Shown here: one piece after another, positions 24,441 to 37,981 of the stretch
How the letters are laid out: every line of letters begins with the position of its first letter
Numbering within the stretch: the first letter of the stretch is position 1
Source: Anthoceros angustus
Taxonomy: Eukaryota > Plantae > Anthocerotophyta
Length of the DNA: 64,000 nucleotides
NCBI GenBank assembly: GCA_010909165.1
Contig: MU008149.1
Coordinates: 310,001 to 374,000 of the forward strand
Reading direction: 5' to 3'
Notes under the pieces: model-generated
The model's database searches: none
Seen by the model: only the letters and a program-made list of their open reading frames with translations
What the model was told of the DNA's origin: nothing
Program-made: the position numbers and the translations under genes

Positions 24441-27400
24441 CTCTTGGAGACTAACAAGCCCTTGGTCATTGTCCATCAGCAGTTGGGCACGTCTTGAATG
24501 AGGTGAGCTGTGCTCAGACATGGTCTGTTCAGTACATTGTTCAATGTGTCACATGCATTCCTCACTCTGTTAAATATGTTGTGAGTGTAGCTTGATTGCC
24601 TGCTATATAAAATCAGGACTTTGAAGCTGCTGTGGAAAAACTTTGATCCGACCAACTTTTGTTATGGATCATCCAGTGAAATCTCCCCATACCCAATACT
24701 TAGCAAGGAAAGCTGGGATTTTTCAGTCAGGAAGGAACCAAAATTCTGACTACCTAATAAGGATTATTAGCTGCTTATCCTCGGCCATCCTTATCATCAG
24801 CTCACATTCTCACAGGTGCCCGAAAATGATCAGTGTTTCAATCTTCTTTATCTGTCATTTTAGAGCTGATGGTTTCTTCCTGGTTGGGTCTAGTATTTGT
24901 TGCAGTCCCAGTTCGCCACATTTCGGCATACGGTGATTTCCACGAGGCAGGTGACGAGAAACAAGTTACGAGAAACTGTGCAACACATCGCAGTGCACTT
25001 TCCTGCCAGACTCCAAGTAGGCCGAAAAGCGCCAGCTTGAAGAGCAGCTGCAAAAGCGGGCTCGCCCGCTTAATTCACCCCTGAGGTAAGTATTTGAAGG
25101 TTCAGTTGTATGGCCTCATTAGGCTTCCCATGTTTAGCATGGTTGCATGATGTTAGCATCTAGACACTGCACAGCACCGCTCATGGTTTGCATACCCAGC
25201 AATGGAATGTCTGACCACACCCTTTAAAGCGACCAAGCAGTCAAAAGCTCGGCGTGCATCTTCCAGTTCGCCACATTTTGTTCATGCCCGCAACGCAGGT
25301 GCCAAGCAGTATGTCATCTAGGAGTCCTCTGCTTGTCACCTGTGAGAATGTGAGCTGATGATAAGGATGGCCGAGGATAAGCAGCTAATAATCCTCATTA
25401 GGTAGTCAGGAGTACATGTGTGGAGTAAACCATGAGCGGTGCTGTCCAGTGTCTAGATGCTAACATCATATGTGTGCAATACAGACTCATGTGTGCAATA
25501 GGGTACATGTGGAGTCCCGTTCCACAGTCTCCGACTACACTTGAAGTGTCGTAACCTTAGAATTCACTATCCATAAACTAGATATATGGCCTGTAACAAA
25601 GACAAATCTAGACTACTGAGCTCCTGGAGATCTCCTGTGTATGTATGTGCATACATGCATAATCAGGAGCAGGAGCAGGTCCTGAGCTTCGTCCTGAAGT
25701 CTCCTACATAGATACTCACTCAGTGCCTAGGGAAGAAGACCGCCAGGGGCATATACTCTGTAATCTAGGCTGTTGGGTTGCGTCACCAGGCCGATGACGT
25801 AAAGGTGATGGGCGCAAGCGGCAGGCAGGGAGGCGCTGGGGCACAACCATGGGGCCGTTGGAGCAGCCACTTCAGCACGCCCGTGCTCTGCACCACAACA
25901 ACAGCCAGCAGCATCGCAGCTAGCACAAACCACGTCCACAAGTAATCGCTACCGATGGTGGCGTCTTCCTCCAGCTCGGACAGGAAAGCTGAGCAGGACC
26001 TAGGCGCTCATTCACCAGGGGTGCTTCCATTAGAAGAAGCTCCGTACAATGCGGGCAATGACCAACATGAGGATCACAACTGCCGCAGCATGAGAGCTTC
26101 ACGACCTTGATATGGCCGCAGGGGAACATGCTGCTGCCGAGCTCATCCAAGAACCCATCCGAGGGAGCTAAGCCAGACGGCTTCATGCCCAGCGTGCGGC
26201 CTCCAGCACCGCCCGTACTTGGATCGATGCTGCCCCGGCCGGTGCCCAGCATCCTCCCGAAGCAGAGGAGCAGCAAGACGTCAACCACCTTTGGCCCGCA
26301 CACGTCCATCACCGTCACCAGTCGCCGCTGGCCCGTCCGCTGCACGAAGATGGCCATGGCGTGAGCGATGGCGGCCTCCTCAGAGGGTTAAAACCTACAG
26401 GCAGTAGTCGAATGATCAGCGCGCGGGGATACAAAGGGCGGCCAGCCGGGGTACCAAGGGAAACCGTAGGCTAACCTCTGACTGTGTAGGCTCAAGCTCC
26501 AGGCTGCGTCACGGGTAGGACATCACGAAGGTGCACCCGGTATTCCGGCCCCGTCGATGTGGGTGGTACCGGTGGCCAGTGACATGTCCCGCGACCTCAT
26601 GGCCTGCACATGCATGCGTATAAGGATACATCAGCCAAGGTGCTTGCAAACCAAGCTTGTGGCATTCTGCAAGCAATTGCAAGCAAACAAGCTGCTGGAA
26701 TGATGGGAGTTATCAAGACCACACTCGCATAGCGCATTAAGATGATGAGCAAAGGGAGTTTGCGTTGGTTGATTACCTGCCGGCAGCGCAGCGGATGTGG
26801 AGGTCGGCGTGGCTCCCGACCAGGCGCCTCCAGGCAGGCAGGTGGCCAAACTAGGAGTGGAACACATTGGCATCCTCGTCCACCCGTAGCGCCTCCTCCG
26901 CCATGCCGGCAAGGTTGGGGATGATGATGGAGGGATCCAGCTGGGAGCCATGGCGAAGTTCCTGCAGCTTGCAACCGGGATGGGGTATACATCCCGAGAA
27001 ACATGGGGTGAAGGCGGAGGGATTGAGAAGAGGCAAGAGCAGCTCCATGGCCAGAGAACAAAAGCAATGAGGCTCCATGGCCAGAGAACAAAAGCAATGA
27101 GGCTCCACGGCCAGAGAACAAAAGCAATGAGGCTCCATGGCCAGACAACAACACCATGGAGACTCCATAGCCACACAACAACAACAACGAGACTCCATAG
27201 CCACACCACAACAACAACTACGAGGTTCTATAGCCACACCACAACAACTACAAGGAGGCACCATGGCCAGACAACTTAAACAACGAGAACGAGGCTACGT
27301 GGCCACACAGCAACAACAATGAGTTGAACTCGTTGTGTGCCACCTCAATGCAGAAGAGGAAGGACCTCCACGTTCATCGGGTCCAATAGCGCTAGCGATA

Positions 27401-27789
27401 CCTTGCGCGCACCATATATGCACGGCTCTCTTCAGCACGAGTTTCATACACGCCAGTTCCATAAGTCGGACCAAACGGCATCATCCTCGTGCATCACGCT
27501 ACCGCAGGAAGAGCGTTGCTGCTGCGAACACATGGCCAGGGAAGGAAGACAGCTACTGACGATGAGAGCTGAAGCAAGAGCCGAGGGCAAGAGCTCAAGG
27601 GGTCAAGCAGGAGCTGGGGCAAGAGCTCAAGAGTCAAGCGACGATGAGAGCTGAAGCAAGAGCCGAGGGCAAGAGCTCAAGGGGTCAAGCAGGAGCTGGG
27701 GCAAGAGCTCAAGAGTCAAGCAGGAGCTGGCCTCAAGAGGTCAAGCAGGAGGGGGCCTCAAGAGGTCAAGCAGGAGCTGGCGAGGGAAG

Positions 27790-28220
27790 AGAGGAAGTGA
27801 GCTTCTAGGGATGGCTGTGGGTTCCTTTATAGGTCCGAGGGAATAGGGAACGAGGGCAGGAGGTTGGGAGGCCAGGAGTCTGCAAGGACAGCTGACGCAT
27901 CGCAGCGGAAATTTCCAGCTGAAGCCAGTGGGACAAGCCCGAGCCGGATGCAAAGTGGGTCACAGGGTCCTGGGCCCTGGCCTTCTGATGCCGAAGTTTC
28001 GAAGCTTCCTGGACGGCTCAAGGGGCATTTCGCACTCGCCCACAGCGCCAGGATATATACATATATGTCTCCGTTAGATGCGTTCGTACATTAGCTACAT
28101 ATTCATGTAGCAATCCGGGACGAGTCCGCATACCCGTTGCACAACGCCGCCTGGGCCAGCCGGCAGATTGCATCCAGGCGTGTACGCTGGTTCGCTGGTT
28201 TGTTCTCGCCGCCCTCCTTC
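27790..28220 (-). promoter_or_regulatory. Promoter module copy 3 (TATAAA 27826-27831)
   Basis: Same motif as copy 1. Confidence 0.75.
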
Positions 28221-30129
28221 CCCAGTTGCAAGCATCCGACGTTGTAAACCTGAATCTGATTTCTACCACAACTAGCGTTCATGCTGAGCTGTTCTTCTTT
28301 GTTAAGGGAAAAGATGATGATGGGGAGAGCCCGCCTAGCAAAGGACATGACCCGACCCCGTTCATGTGTTCTTGGTGCACTCAGTCCACACATTTAACCT
28401 CTTTTGTCAGGTTGGATTTCGCGAATATGTTTCCCCATCCTTCCTCAATGCACCCAAAACGTGGAGTTCACATGAACTTCCTTCAAAGAAGTGTCGAAAT
28501 ACCAGTTCTCCATGGAAGCCAGACCCACAAGATCCAGCTTATAAAATCATCAAACACAAACTTTGGAGACCACGTGAAAGCCCCTTCCACACCCAGTACA
28601 GAAACACCGTCTCAACAACATCAGGATTGCTCAGTGACAAGAATCCTGACCGTGTCATGAAAGCAAAACCAGAAGTTTTGCAGAAAAGTTTCAAGGAACC
28701 CCTGCTTAAAAGCAACCTCAGCTGTCCGTCCAGTTCCTTTTAACTTGACGTTTTCAAAACTTGGGGAACCTGCTGACGAAGGAAGGCTCCCTCTGGCAGC
28801 GGCGGCCTGGAGCAGGAGCAGAGGAGACTCGCCCCGCCCGACTCTCTCGTACCTTCTCCACAGCAATGTTGAAGGGTCCTGCAGCCACGTCTTTGGAGCT
28901 GGGGAGCCACGATTGTGTTCTGCAACAGGCCAGACGACGCGACACGTTATCTTCATGAGTCAGAGAGCTGGAGAGTACTGGCTAGAGTCTAGAGTTGGAA
29001 AACATTCATGGATGGGTTGTGAGATATACGCTGTCGAAACGGCCGTCTGTCACCAGGTCTGCACACCTTCACACCATGTAGAAACCAGCGCGGAAGATCG
29101 CGGTCGGCGGAGGAGAGTCGCTGCAGCCCTTTTCCCCGTTGCCCAGTTCCGAAGCCGGATTTCACGCTCCACCAGCACAATGCCAGCGCCCCTGGTTCTC
29201 CAAGAGCTCGTCTACTGGGCTCTCAAGAGTTCAGGCTCTACGCATCAGCCAGGAATTCCTGCTGAAGCCGTGGAGGATTCCTCTGAAATCCTCCTTCTCA
29301 CGTCCCTGACGCTCATGTCCCCGTCCCCGGCGTCTTTCCCTCCTGCTTTCGCCGCTTTTGCCGCCGATCAGGAACGCCTGCAAAGACTCTGATACGAGCC
29401 GCTGTTACGGATTCCCCCCTCGCAGCACTGGAACTGCCTCGAGACCAAGGAAAACGGCAAACGGCAAACGGCGTTCCCTGACCGTTTAGGTTTCCGGCCA
29501 AACGGACTGCCTGCCCATTTTCGATTTTACGAAATGGGGCAGGTAATTTCCTGTGCACGACGAATTTCAATAAAGCCTAGCCCAGGGAACAGTGTGGTGA
29601 GGTGGTGAGGCTGCTTCCTGGAGGTGTGGTTGTCTGGGCATGCATGACGTTCTCCAGCACGGGCCCCTTGTCCAGGTCTGATATTTTGGTGTCTCTTGTA
29701 TCTTCAGATTGGAGCAGGGTGGTGGAGCTCACATTGGCAGGTGTTGCATTCAAGTGCGCGCTGTGTCACATTTAGCTCACGTTTGAAGATGCCAGTCCAA
29801 ATTGGTCAATTTACGCCTGGCTAGGTGTGTCGGGTATGACTGAGCTGAGGAGATGGTGCTCCTGAAGGTGGATCATACAACAAGAACACTGGTTTTACTT
29901 CATCAACTGGGTTGTGAATGTTGTATTTTGGGAAAACGGGTTGTTGGTATTGTGGAGGTTCCTCCTTCTGTGGTCACATGTTGTGCTCTTGATACAAGGT
30001 CGACATGGAGGTCAGAATGGTTGCCTGAGCCCTAGGAGGAGGTGGATTTTGTTTCGGAGTCACATTTTGGCTGATGCTCGTCGAGCTTCATTCATGTGCA
30101 GGATGACACGGGAGGCTTGGTATTTGCAC

Positions 30130-30520
30130 AGCTGGAATGCTGGAGCAGATAGATGATGAGGCTACGAGCATCACAAGGTTACCACGTGGTCCTAGTGGCA
30201 AGTACGAGAAGCTCATGGAGATAGTGAGACTGTGCAGAATGGAGTTAGTGGCTGCCCACCCAAGAGAACGACAGGATGGGGTTACGGACTGAAGGATCCC
30301 TCACCTTGGGACGGGACTCCCATTAGGCAGCGTAATTCTCGAGGCTCTTTGGCCATGTCCATTTAGACAAGCTCGATCAAGAGGTTTTTAAGTTGCAAAG
30401 AGAGGATGAATACAGTCAGGACATGGATGACATGTAATTAGGTTTCTCGGGATGAGAATTGCTGGGCTTCCGAAGTTCAAAGGAATGAGACGGTAAGCCA
30501 AGGGGATGGAGAAGCGACAG
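30130..30520 (+). pseudogene. Maturase/RT-like remnant
   Basis: GLPLGSVI...HLDKLDQEVFKLQ (RT4-like) and VIRFLGMRIAGLPKFKGMRR (RT7-like). Confidence 0.78.
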
Positions 30521-30682
30521 GATGGGGTTATGAACTGAAGGATCCCCCACCTGAGACAGGATTTCAAAGAGGCAGAGTAATTCTCTATGATCTGTAGCCA
30601 TATCTAGTTCGCCAAGCTCGATCTCGATCTATTTGCCAAAAGAGGATGAATACATGGATCACATGTAGTTAAGACTCTCAAG

Positions 30683-31060
30683 GTTTGGGAGTATGGGATT
30701 TCAGTGGTCATCAAGTACATCAGCGAGCCTCACATGCACTCCATGCCGTGCATCACTGTCCATACAAACACGGAGTGGTTTGCGGCACAATGGAGCGATT
30801 CCGGCTAAACAGGAAGAAAAGGTTTACTGGCCACATTGTGGCAGGGTTTGCATGTCAGGTGAACTTCTCACCTGATGGTAGGTACACTTTGTCAGGCAAT
30901 GGCGAGGGTAGATGCTGGGGTTTGGGACTGGAAGACGTGCAAGATGTTTCGGACTCTCCAGTGCCACGGAATTGTATGCATCGGAGCTGACTGGCACACA
31001 CTGGAGCAGAGCAAGGTGGCCACCTGTGGATGGGATGGCCAAATCAAGTTGTGGGATGTT
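30683..31060 (+). pseudogene. PRP17/CDC40 WD40 splicing-factor C-terminal fragment
   Basis: [22 protein letters not shown]...[29 protein letters not shown]...[12 protein letters not shown]...[18 protein letters not shown]. It carries an internal deletion and a frameshift. Confidence 0.93.
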
Positions 31061-31190
31061 GAATCTTCACGTCCTTGGTACACTCGTGGGGCAGCATGAG
31101 CGAAGTGAGCGGGTGCAGGGGCAGGGCTTCCTCTAGACACTCCGGATTCCTTATGAGCTTGGCCAGGGCCCACTCCAACGTGATGGCCAC
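31047..31190 (-). pseudogene. Cytochrome P450 fragment (I-helix end fused to the K-helix region)
   Basis: VAITLEWALAKLIRNPECL + [24 protein letters not shown], compared with the CYP71-clan pattern T.EWAMAELIRNP / KE.LRLHPP.PLMLPH. Confidence 0.8.
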
Positions 31191-31289
31191 TGGCCACCGT
31201 GTCACTCTGCCTGACCATGTCCCGTTTGTGGGCCTCCTTGAAGCTGTGTGCTGGTAGCGGGCTACTGCACCACAGGAGGCAGCGTCGTT

Positions 31290-32230
31290 CACAAATTAAA
31301 TTCACAAAGCAGGACTCGGATGTGAGGTCACTGTGGGGAGTTCCCTGTTAGATATGTATGCACGATGTGGAAGCTTGTACTGCCTTTGAGAACATAGCCA
31401 GACGAAATATGGTGACCTGGAACGTGCGTGATGCTTGCGGGACATGCTGAGCATGGGTTAGGTGAAGAAGCCCTGTCTCTTGAGGCAGCCGCGCAACAAA
31501 GAGGGCTTTACTTCAGCGGATCGCACAACCTTTGTGTGGCGTCTGAAAGCATGAAAAGCATCTGGGCTGTGGGCATTGGAGTAGGGATGGCAGCTGATTG
31601 ACGGGTTCAGGAAATGGGGGTGCCTGGTGGGCATGTATGCCAAGTGTGAGAGCTTAGAGGATGCCTTTGATACCTCTATGCCGTCATGCATACGCCTTGG
31701 AGTCACGCATCACCATGGAGTCACGGCTGCTGATCATGTTCCATTCGCCTGTCTCTGAAAGGCATGTGCTGGCTTTGGAGCATTGCAGACGGGCCATCAG
31801 TTTCATGCTCTGGTGATCGAGAGAGAGGTTTGGAAGGGATGTTGTTGTGGGGAGCTGCGTGGTGAACATGTATGCAAAATGCCGGAGCTTAGACGATGCC
31901 CGCAGAGTGTTTTAAAGTCTGCCCACGAAGAGCTCGGTGACACGGAATGCAGTTGTTGCAGCCTAATACGGTCAGCACGGGATAAGTCAGGAGGCTTTCC
32001 TGTGCTACCACCAAATGCTGATGGCAAGCATCCACCCGAATGAAGGCACCTTCCTTTCACATGCTGGCATGATGTGGGAAGGTCTCAATTGCTTGAATCC
32101 ATGGACAGATATCACGGGATAGCTCAACAACCTGAGCACTAGGCTTGTATATTAGATCTCCTAGGGTATGTTGGACGCTTGACATTGACCAGAGGAAGAG
32201 CTCTTGTGGAAGCATGCCAATGGAGCCTCA
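31290..32230 (+). pseudogene. PLS-class PPR pseudogene
   Basis: VTVGSSLLDMYARCGSL, RNMVTWN, LVGMYAKCESLEDA, KACAGFGALQTGHQFHALVIE, ESMDRYHGIAQQPEH*ACILDLLG. Many stops and frameshifts. Confidence 0.9.
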
Positions 32231-34309
32231 TGTCAAGTACGTCAGTTCATGTACCGAATTTGCAATTGAACTTGATATGACACTTGCATTGAATAACGCG
32301 TGAGCTGGGTGAATTGGATGGTTAAGATATTGGGGTTTCACCAGAGCAGCACAGCAGTGAGTGAAGGTGACGTCGCATACGACATGACCCACGGCGTTCA
32401 GGCTGACGATCGCCATGAAGGCTTGGAATGGGTCAGCAATTCTACACCACTGACAATAGTGCGTGTAAATCAGAGTCCGCTTAGCTCGCACAAAGATGAA
32501 CTTGGATCGTTTGGATCCCGTCAACTGACTGAACGTCTGCATGTGCAGGCCCCTTAATTGCTGAGGCTCTTGCAGGCAGGACCTCAGATGGGTACAAGAG
32601 AGTCGTGCGGGAGCGGGAGGCTCTTTTGCTCCACCTCCAGCTCCAGGCCGCCGCCGCCAGAGGGAGCCTTCCTTGGTCAGGAGGTGAATTCCTCAAGTTT
32701 TGAAAAGGTTGAGTTAAAAAGGAACCTCCACTGCTGTGGTGGCTTTCAAGGAAGGGGAGGTCATTGAAACTTTTTCTGGTTTTTGCTTTCATGACGAGCA
32801 GGATTCATGTCACTGAGCAATCCCGATGTTGTTTCATGAGAAGCCTACAGTTGGAGCTGTAGGATCATTCTGCTCTCGCTGCTCTTCAGAAACTTCTAGT
32901 GGAGGCCCCATCAGGTAGGTTCAACAGCTTCTGCCATGTGCTTAAGTCAACTTGTTCCTCCATGGTGCTAACATTCTCCTCGTGAGCCATGACCTGTAGT
33001 GATTCCTACAGCCGTGATACAGCTGATGAACAAACAGCTGCCTCTAATGGAAACCTAGCTTATAACTTCAAGTTCGGCCATGTTCGATCATGGCGGTAGT
33101 CTGGTGGCCATTTGCGTGCTTTTAATTCTTTTCTTCTTCTACATGCACGCACGGATGCCGAGTGGCAAAGTGGTCTAGACACTTTCAGGCATGTGAGGCC
33201 GGCATGCTCTGGCGTGCCAGTTTTGGGGACGAAGGTGCACCCGGTATTCCGGCTCCATCGATGTGGGTGGTACCGGTGGCCAGGCAGACATGTCCCGCGA
33301 CCTCATGACCTGCACATGCATGCGTACAAGGATACATCAGCCAAGGTGCTTGCAAACCAAGCTTGTGGCATTCTGCAAGCAAACAAGCTGCTGGAATGAT
33401 GGCAAGTATGAAGAACAGACTCGCAAAGCGCATTAAGATGATGAGCAAAGGGAGTTTGCGTTGGTTGATTTCCTTGCCGGCAGCGCAGCGGATGTGGAGG
33501 TCGGCGTGGCTCCCGACCAGTTGCCTCCAGGCAGGCAGGTGGCCAAACTGGGAGTGGAACACATTGGCATACTCGTCCACCCGCAGCGCCTCCTCCGACA
33601 TGCCGGCAAGGTTGGGGATGATGATGGAGGGATCCAGATGGGAGCCATGGCGAAGTTCCTCAGCTTGCAACCGGGATGGGGTATCCATCCCGAGAAACAT
33701 GGGGTGAAGGCGTAGGGGATTGAGAAGAGGCAAGAGCAGCTCCATGGCCAGAGAACAACACCATTGAGACTCCATAGCCACACAACAACAACAACGAGAC
33801 TCCATAGCCACACCACAACAACTACGTACGAGGCTCTATAGCCACACCACAACAACTACAAGGAGGCACCATGGCCAGACAACTTAACCCTCAGCGCACC
33901 ATATATGCACGGCTCAATTCAGCACGAGTTTCATACAGGCCAGTTCCATAAGTCGGACCAAGCGGCATCATCCTCGTGCATCAGGTTACCGCGGGAACAG
34001 CATTGCTGCTGCGAACACATGGCCAGGGAAGGAAAGAGCTACTGACGATGAGAGCTGAAGCAAGAGCCGAGGGCAAGAGCTTAAGAGGTCAAGCAGGAGC
34101 TGGGGGCCTCAAGAGGGCAAGCAGGAGCTGGGGGCCTCAAGAGGTCAAGGAGGAGCTGGTTGCCTCAAGAGGTCAAGCAGGAGCTGGGGGCCTCAAGAGG
34201 TCAAGCAGGAGCTGGGGGCCTCAGGAGGTGAAGCAGGAGCTGGTTGCCGCAAGAGGTCAGGCAGGAGCTGGGGGCCTCAAGAGGTCAAGCAAGAGCTGGC
34301 GAGGGGAAG

Positions 34310-34750
34310 AGAGGAAGTGAGCTTCTAGGGATGGCTGTGGGTTCCCTTTATAGGTCCGAGGGAATAGGGAACGAGGGCAGGAGGTTGGGAGGCCAGGGAG
34401 TCTGCAAGGACAGCTGACGCATCGCAGCGGAAATTTCCAGCTGAAGCCAGTGGCACAAGCCCGAGCCGGATGCAAAGTGGGTCACAGGGTACTGGGCCCT
34501 GGCCTTCTGATGCCGAAGCTTCCCGAAGCTTCCTGGACGGTTCAAGGGGCATTTCGCACTCGCCCACAGCGCCAGGATATATACATATATGTCTCCGTTA
34601 GATGCGTTCGTACATTAGCTACATATTCATGTAGCAATCCGGGACGAGTCCGCATACCCGGTGCACAACGCCGCTCGGGGACAGCCGGCAGATTGCATCC
34701 AGGCGTATACGCTGGTTCGCTGGATTGTGCTCGCCGCCCTCCTTCCCAGT
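34310..34750 (-). promoter_or_regulatory. Promoter module copy 4 (TATAAA 34347-34352)
   Basis: Same motif, slightly diverged. Confidence 0.75.
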
Positions 34751-36964
34751 TGCAAGCATCCGACGTTGTAAACCTGAATCTGATTTCTACCACAACTAGC
34801 GTTCATGCTGAGCTTTTCTTCTTTGCTAAGGGGAAAAGATGATGGGGAGAGCCCGCCTAGCTAAGGACATGAAAGGGAGACCCTAAGGGCCTCGACCCCG
34901 TTCATGTGTTCTTGTTGCACCCAGTCCACACATTTAACCTCTTTTGTCAGGTTGGATTTCGCTGGAATATGTTTCCCCATCCTTCCTCAATGCACCCAAA
35001 ACGTGGAGTTCACATGAACTTCCTTCAAAGGGCGGGGGGGGAGGGGGGACGTCCTTGAAACTTTTTCTGGTTTTTGCTTTCATGACAAGCAGGATTTATG
35101 TCACTGAGCAATCCTGATGTTGTTATATGACAAGCCTACTGTTGGAGGTGTAGGATCATTCCGCTCTCGCCGCTCTGCAGAAATTTCCAGGGGGGAGCCC
35201 ATCAGGTAGGTTCAGCAACTTCTGGGTGCTTAAAGCCGAAGTCGACTTGTTCCTCCATGGTGTTAACATTCGCCTCGTGAGCCATGACCTGCAGTGCTTC
35301 CTACGGCCTTGATACAGCTGATGAACAAACAGCTGCCTCTAGTGGAAACCTAGCTTACTTCAAGTTCGACAATATTAGATTATCGCGGTAGTCTGGTAGC
35401 CATTTGGATGCTTCTAATTCTTTTCTTCTTGTATCATACACGCATACCGAGTGGCCAAGTGGTCAACCTTCGGGCATTTGAGGCCGGCATGCTTTGGCGT
35501 GCCAGTTTTCGGGACCTGTAATTCATTGCCTGCTGAAGCCGTGGAGGATTCTTCTGAATTCTTCCTCCCCACGTCCCTCACGCTCATGTCCCCGTTGCCG
35601 CCACCTTTCGCCGCTTCTTCCGCCGATCAGACGCCGGCGCCTGCAACAATCAAGCATCAAAGACTCTGATACCAGCCGCTGATACATATTCCCTCGCAGC
35701 ACAAAAACTGCCCCTAGACCAAGCCAAACGAGTTTAGGTTTCCCACCAAACAGACTCCCTCCCATTTTCGATTTTTTTTTCAAATAGGGCAGGTAATCCA
35801 TTTGCACGAGGGATTTCAATAGGCGTGGTTCTGCTGGTCTGGCTGAGGCTGGTTCTGTGGAGGTGCGGTTGTGTGGGCCTGCATCACGCTCTCGCACGGG
35901 CCTTACGCTTGTCGTGGTCTGATATTTTGGTGGTGTCTCTTGTATCTTCAGATTGGAGGAGGGCAGCCTGGTGAGTTCACATTCGCAGGTTCTGCATCCA
36001 TGTGGGCGCTGTCACGTTTAGCTCTCCCAGCCGGCCCGATGGCTGCTGGCCATTGCAAATGGCAGTCGGCATTGGACGATTTGGGCCTGGTGAAGGTTTG
36101 TCCGTTATGACTGAGCTGAGGATTCGGTAGTTGTGCTCAGGTGGGTTATACGTGAACACACAGTTCCTCGTTTACTTCATCGAGTGCATTTTGAATGCTG
36201 CGTAATTGTGAGAAAAACGGGTGCTTCGAATTCGTAGAGTGGATCTCGTGGATGTACCTCCTTGTGTGGTCCTCTCCCACATGCTGTGTGGTCCTCTCTC
36301 ACATGTTGTGTTTGCGATATACAGGGCCGACTTGGAGGTCGGCATGGTTGCCTGAACCCGAGGAGGAGGTGGGTTTTGTTTCGGAGTCACGTCTTGAGGC
36401 TAATAGCTAGTCGGGCTTCATTTATAAGACAGCATGCTTTGGAGGTGCGGTTGTTCTTGCCACCACGGGCTTGTCGTAGTCTGATATTTCGGTGATGTCT
36501 CTAGGGTCATTCAGATTGAAGTAGGGCAGCCTGGTGAGCTCACATTGGCAGGTGCTGCATCCAAGTGCGCGCTGTACCACATTTATTTAGCTCACGTTTG
36601 AAGATGCCAGTCCGCATTGGGAATTTACGCTTGGCCAGGTGTGTCGGGTATGAATGTGCTGTGGAGATGGTGCTCCTGAAGGTTGGTCATAGAGCAAGAC
36701 TGGGTTTACTTCATCAAGTGGGTTGTGAATGCTGTGTTTTGGGAACACGGGTTCTTGGTTATGTGGAGACTCCTCCTTCTGTGGTCCTCTCTCACATGTT
36801 GTGCTTTGATACAGGGTCGACTTGGAGGTCAGAAGTCACATCCCCGAGGCTGATGATCGTCGAGCTTTATTCATACAAGTGCAGGATGACATGATCGAGC
36901 AGGCAGAGCCTGATGTCACGAGAGGCTTGGTATTTTTCACATATGGAATGCTGGAGCAGATAGA

Positions 36965-37460
36965 TTTTTTTTTTTAATTCGGTATTTTGAAAATAAATCA
37001 AAACAACCCCGGGTGAGAAATCTTGGTATTTTTCACATATGGAATGCTGGAGCAGATAGATTTTTTTTTAATTCGGTATTTTGAAAATAAATCAAAACAT
37101 GTGAGACAACCCCGAGTGAGAAATCTTCAGAAAGGGTTCTGATTCCCCTATGTTACACATCGTATCATCCCAACAGGAAGAGACTATACTCTTCCCAAGG
37201 TCATCTGAGTACGTGCCTAGATATCATCGCAGGATTATGTGGGACTTGGGAGCGAGATAGATTTTTTTTAATTCGGTATTTTGAAAATAAATCAAAACAT
37301 GTGAGACAACCCCGAGTGAGAAATCTTCAGAAAGGGTTCTGATTCCCCTATGTTACACATCGTATCATCCCAACAGGAAGAGACTATACTCTTCCCAAGG
37401 TCATCTGAGTACGTGCCTAGATATCATCGCAGGATTATGTGGGACTTGGGAGCAGATAGA
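36965..37460 (-). mobile_element. 5'-truncated non-LTR/retroposed insertion (~190 bp + poly-A) with a 12-bp TSD, tandemly duplicated
   Basis: Poly-T runs start at 36965, 37061 and 37262. GGAGCAGATAGA flanks the insert (36953-36964, 37049-37060, 37449-37460; a variant at 37249-37261). The host sequence continues ...gataga|tgatgaggct as in its paralogs. Confidence 0.8.
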
Positions 37461-37960
37461 TGATGAGGCTATGAGCATCACAAGGTTAACACGTGGACCT
37501 AGTGGCCAAGTATGAGAACGTGATGGCCATAGTGAGATTGTGCAAAATGGAGTTAGTTTGTGCCCACTCAAGAGAAGGATAGGATGGAGTTATGAACTGA
37601 AGGATCCCTCACCTAGGACGGGATTACCATGAGGCAGCGTCATTCTCAAGGCTCCTTAGCCATGTTTTTTTCCATAAGCTCGATCAAGAGGTTTTGAAGT
37701 TGCAAAAAAGAGGATGAATACAGTCAGGACATGGATGAAAGGAATGAGAGGGTATGCCAAGAGGATGGAGAGGCGTCGGCGAGTGACGGCATGTCTCAAG
37801 CTGTTTGCCAAGCAGTGACAAGAGAGCGGCCCAGATATCCAGCTGAGGAATCTTGTCACCCTTGCCTGGGCCAGGGCTTTCACGCAGTTCAAATCAACTG
37901 CTGCTACTAGCATGGAAGCACAACTTGTCATGCATAAGACACCGAGCGGGGAGATCGCTT
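37449..37960 (+). pseudogene. Maturase/RT-like remnant
   Basis: GLP*GSVI...SHVFFHKLDQEVLKLQK (RT4-like), then KGMRGYAKRMERRRRVTACLKLF. Confidence 0.78.
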
Positions 37961-37981
37961 CAGCCATGACTTTACTTGATA

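Noticed and set aside
33078-33105. tRNA-like element around gttcga
   Set aside because: Only a 6-bp hairpin; no cloverleaf or A/B boxes.
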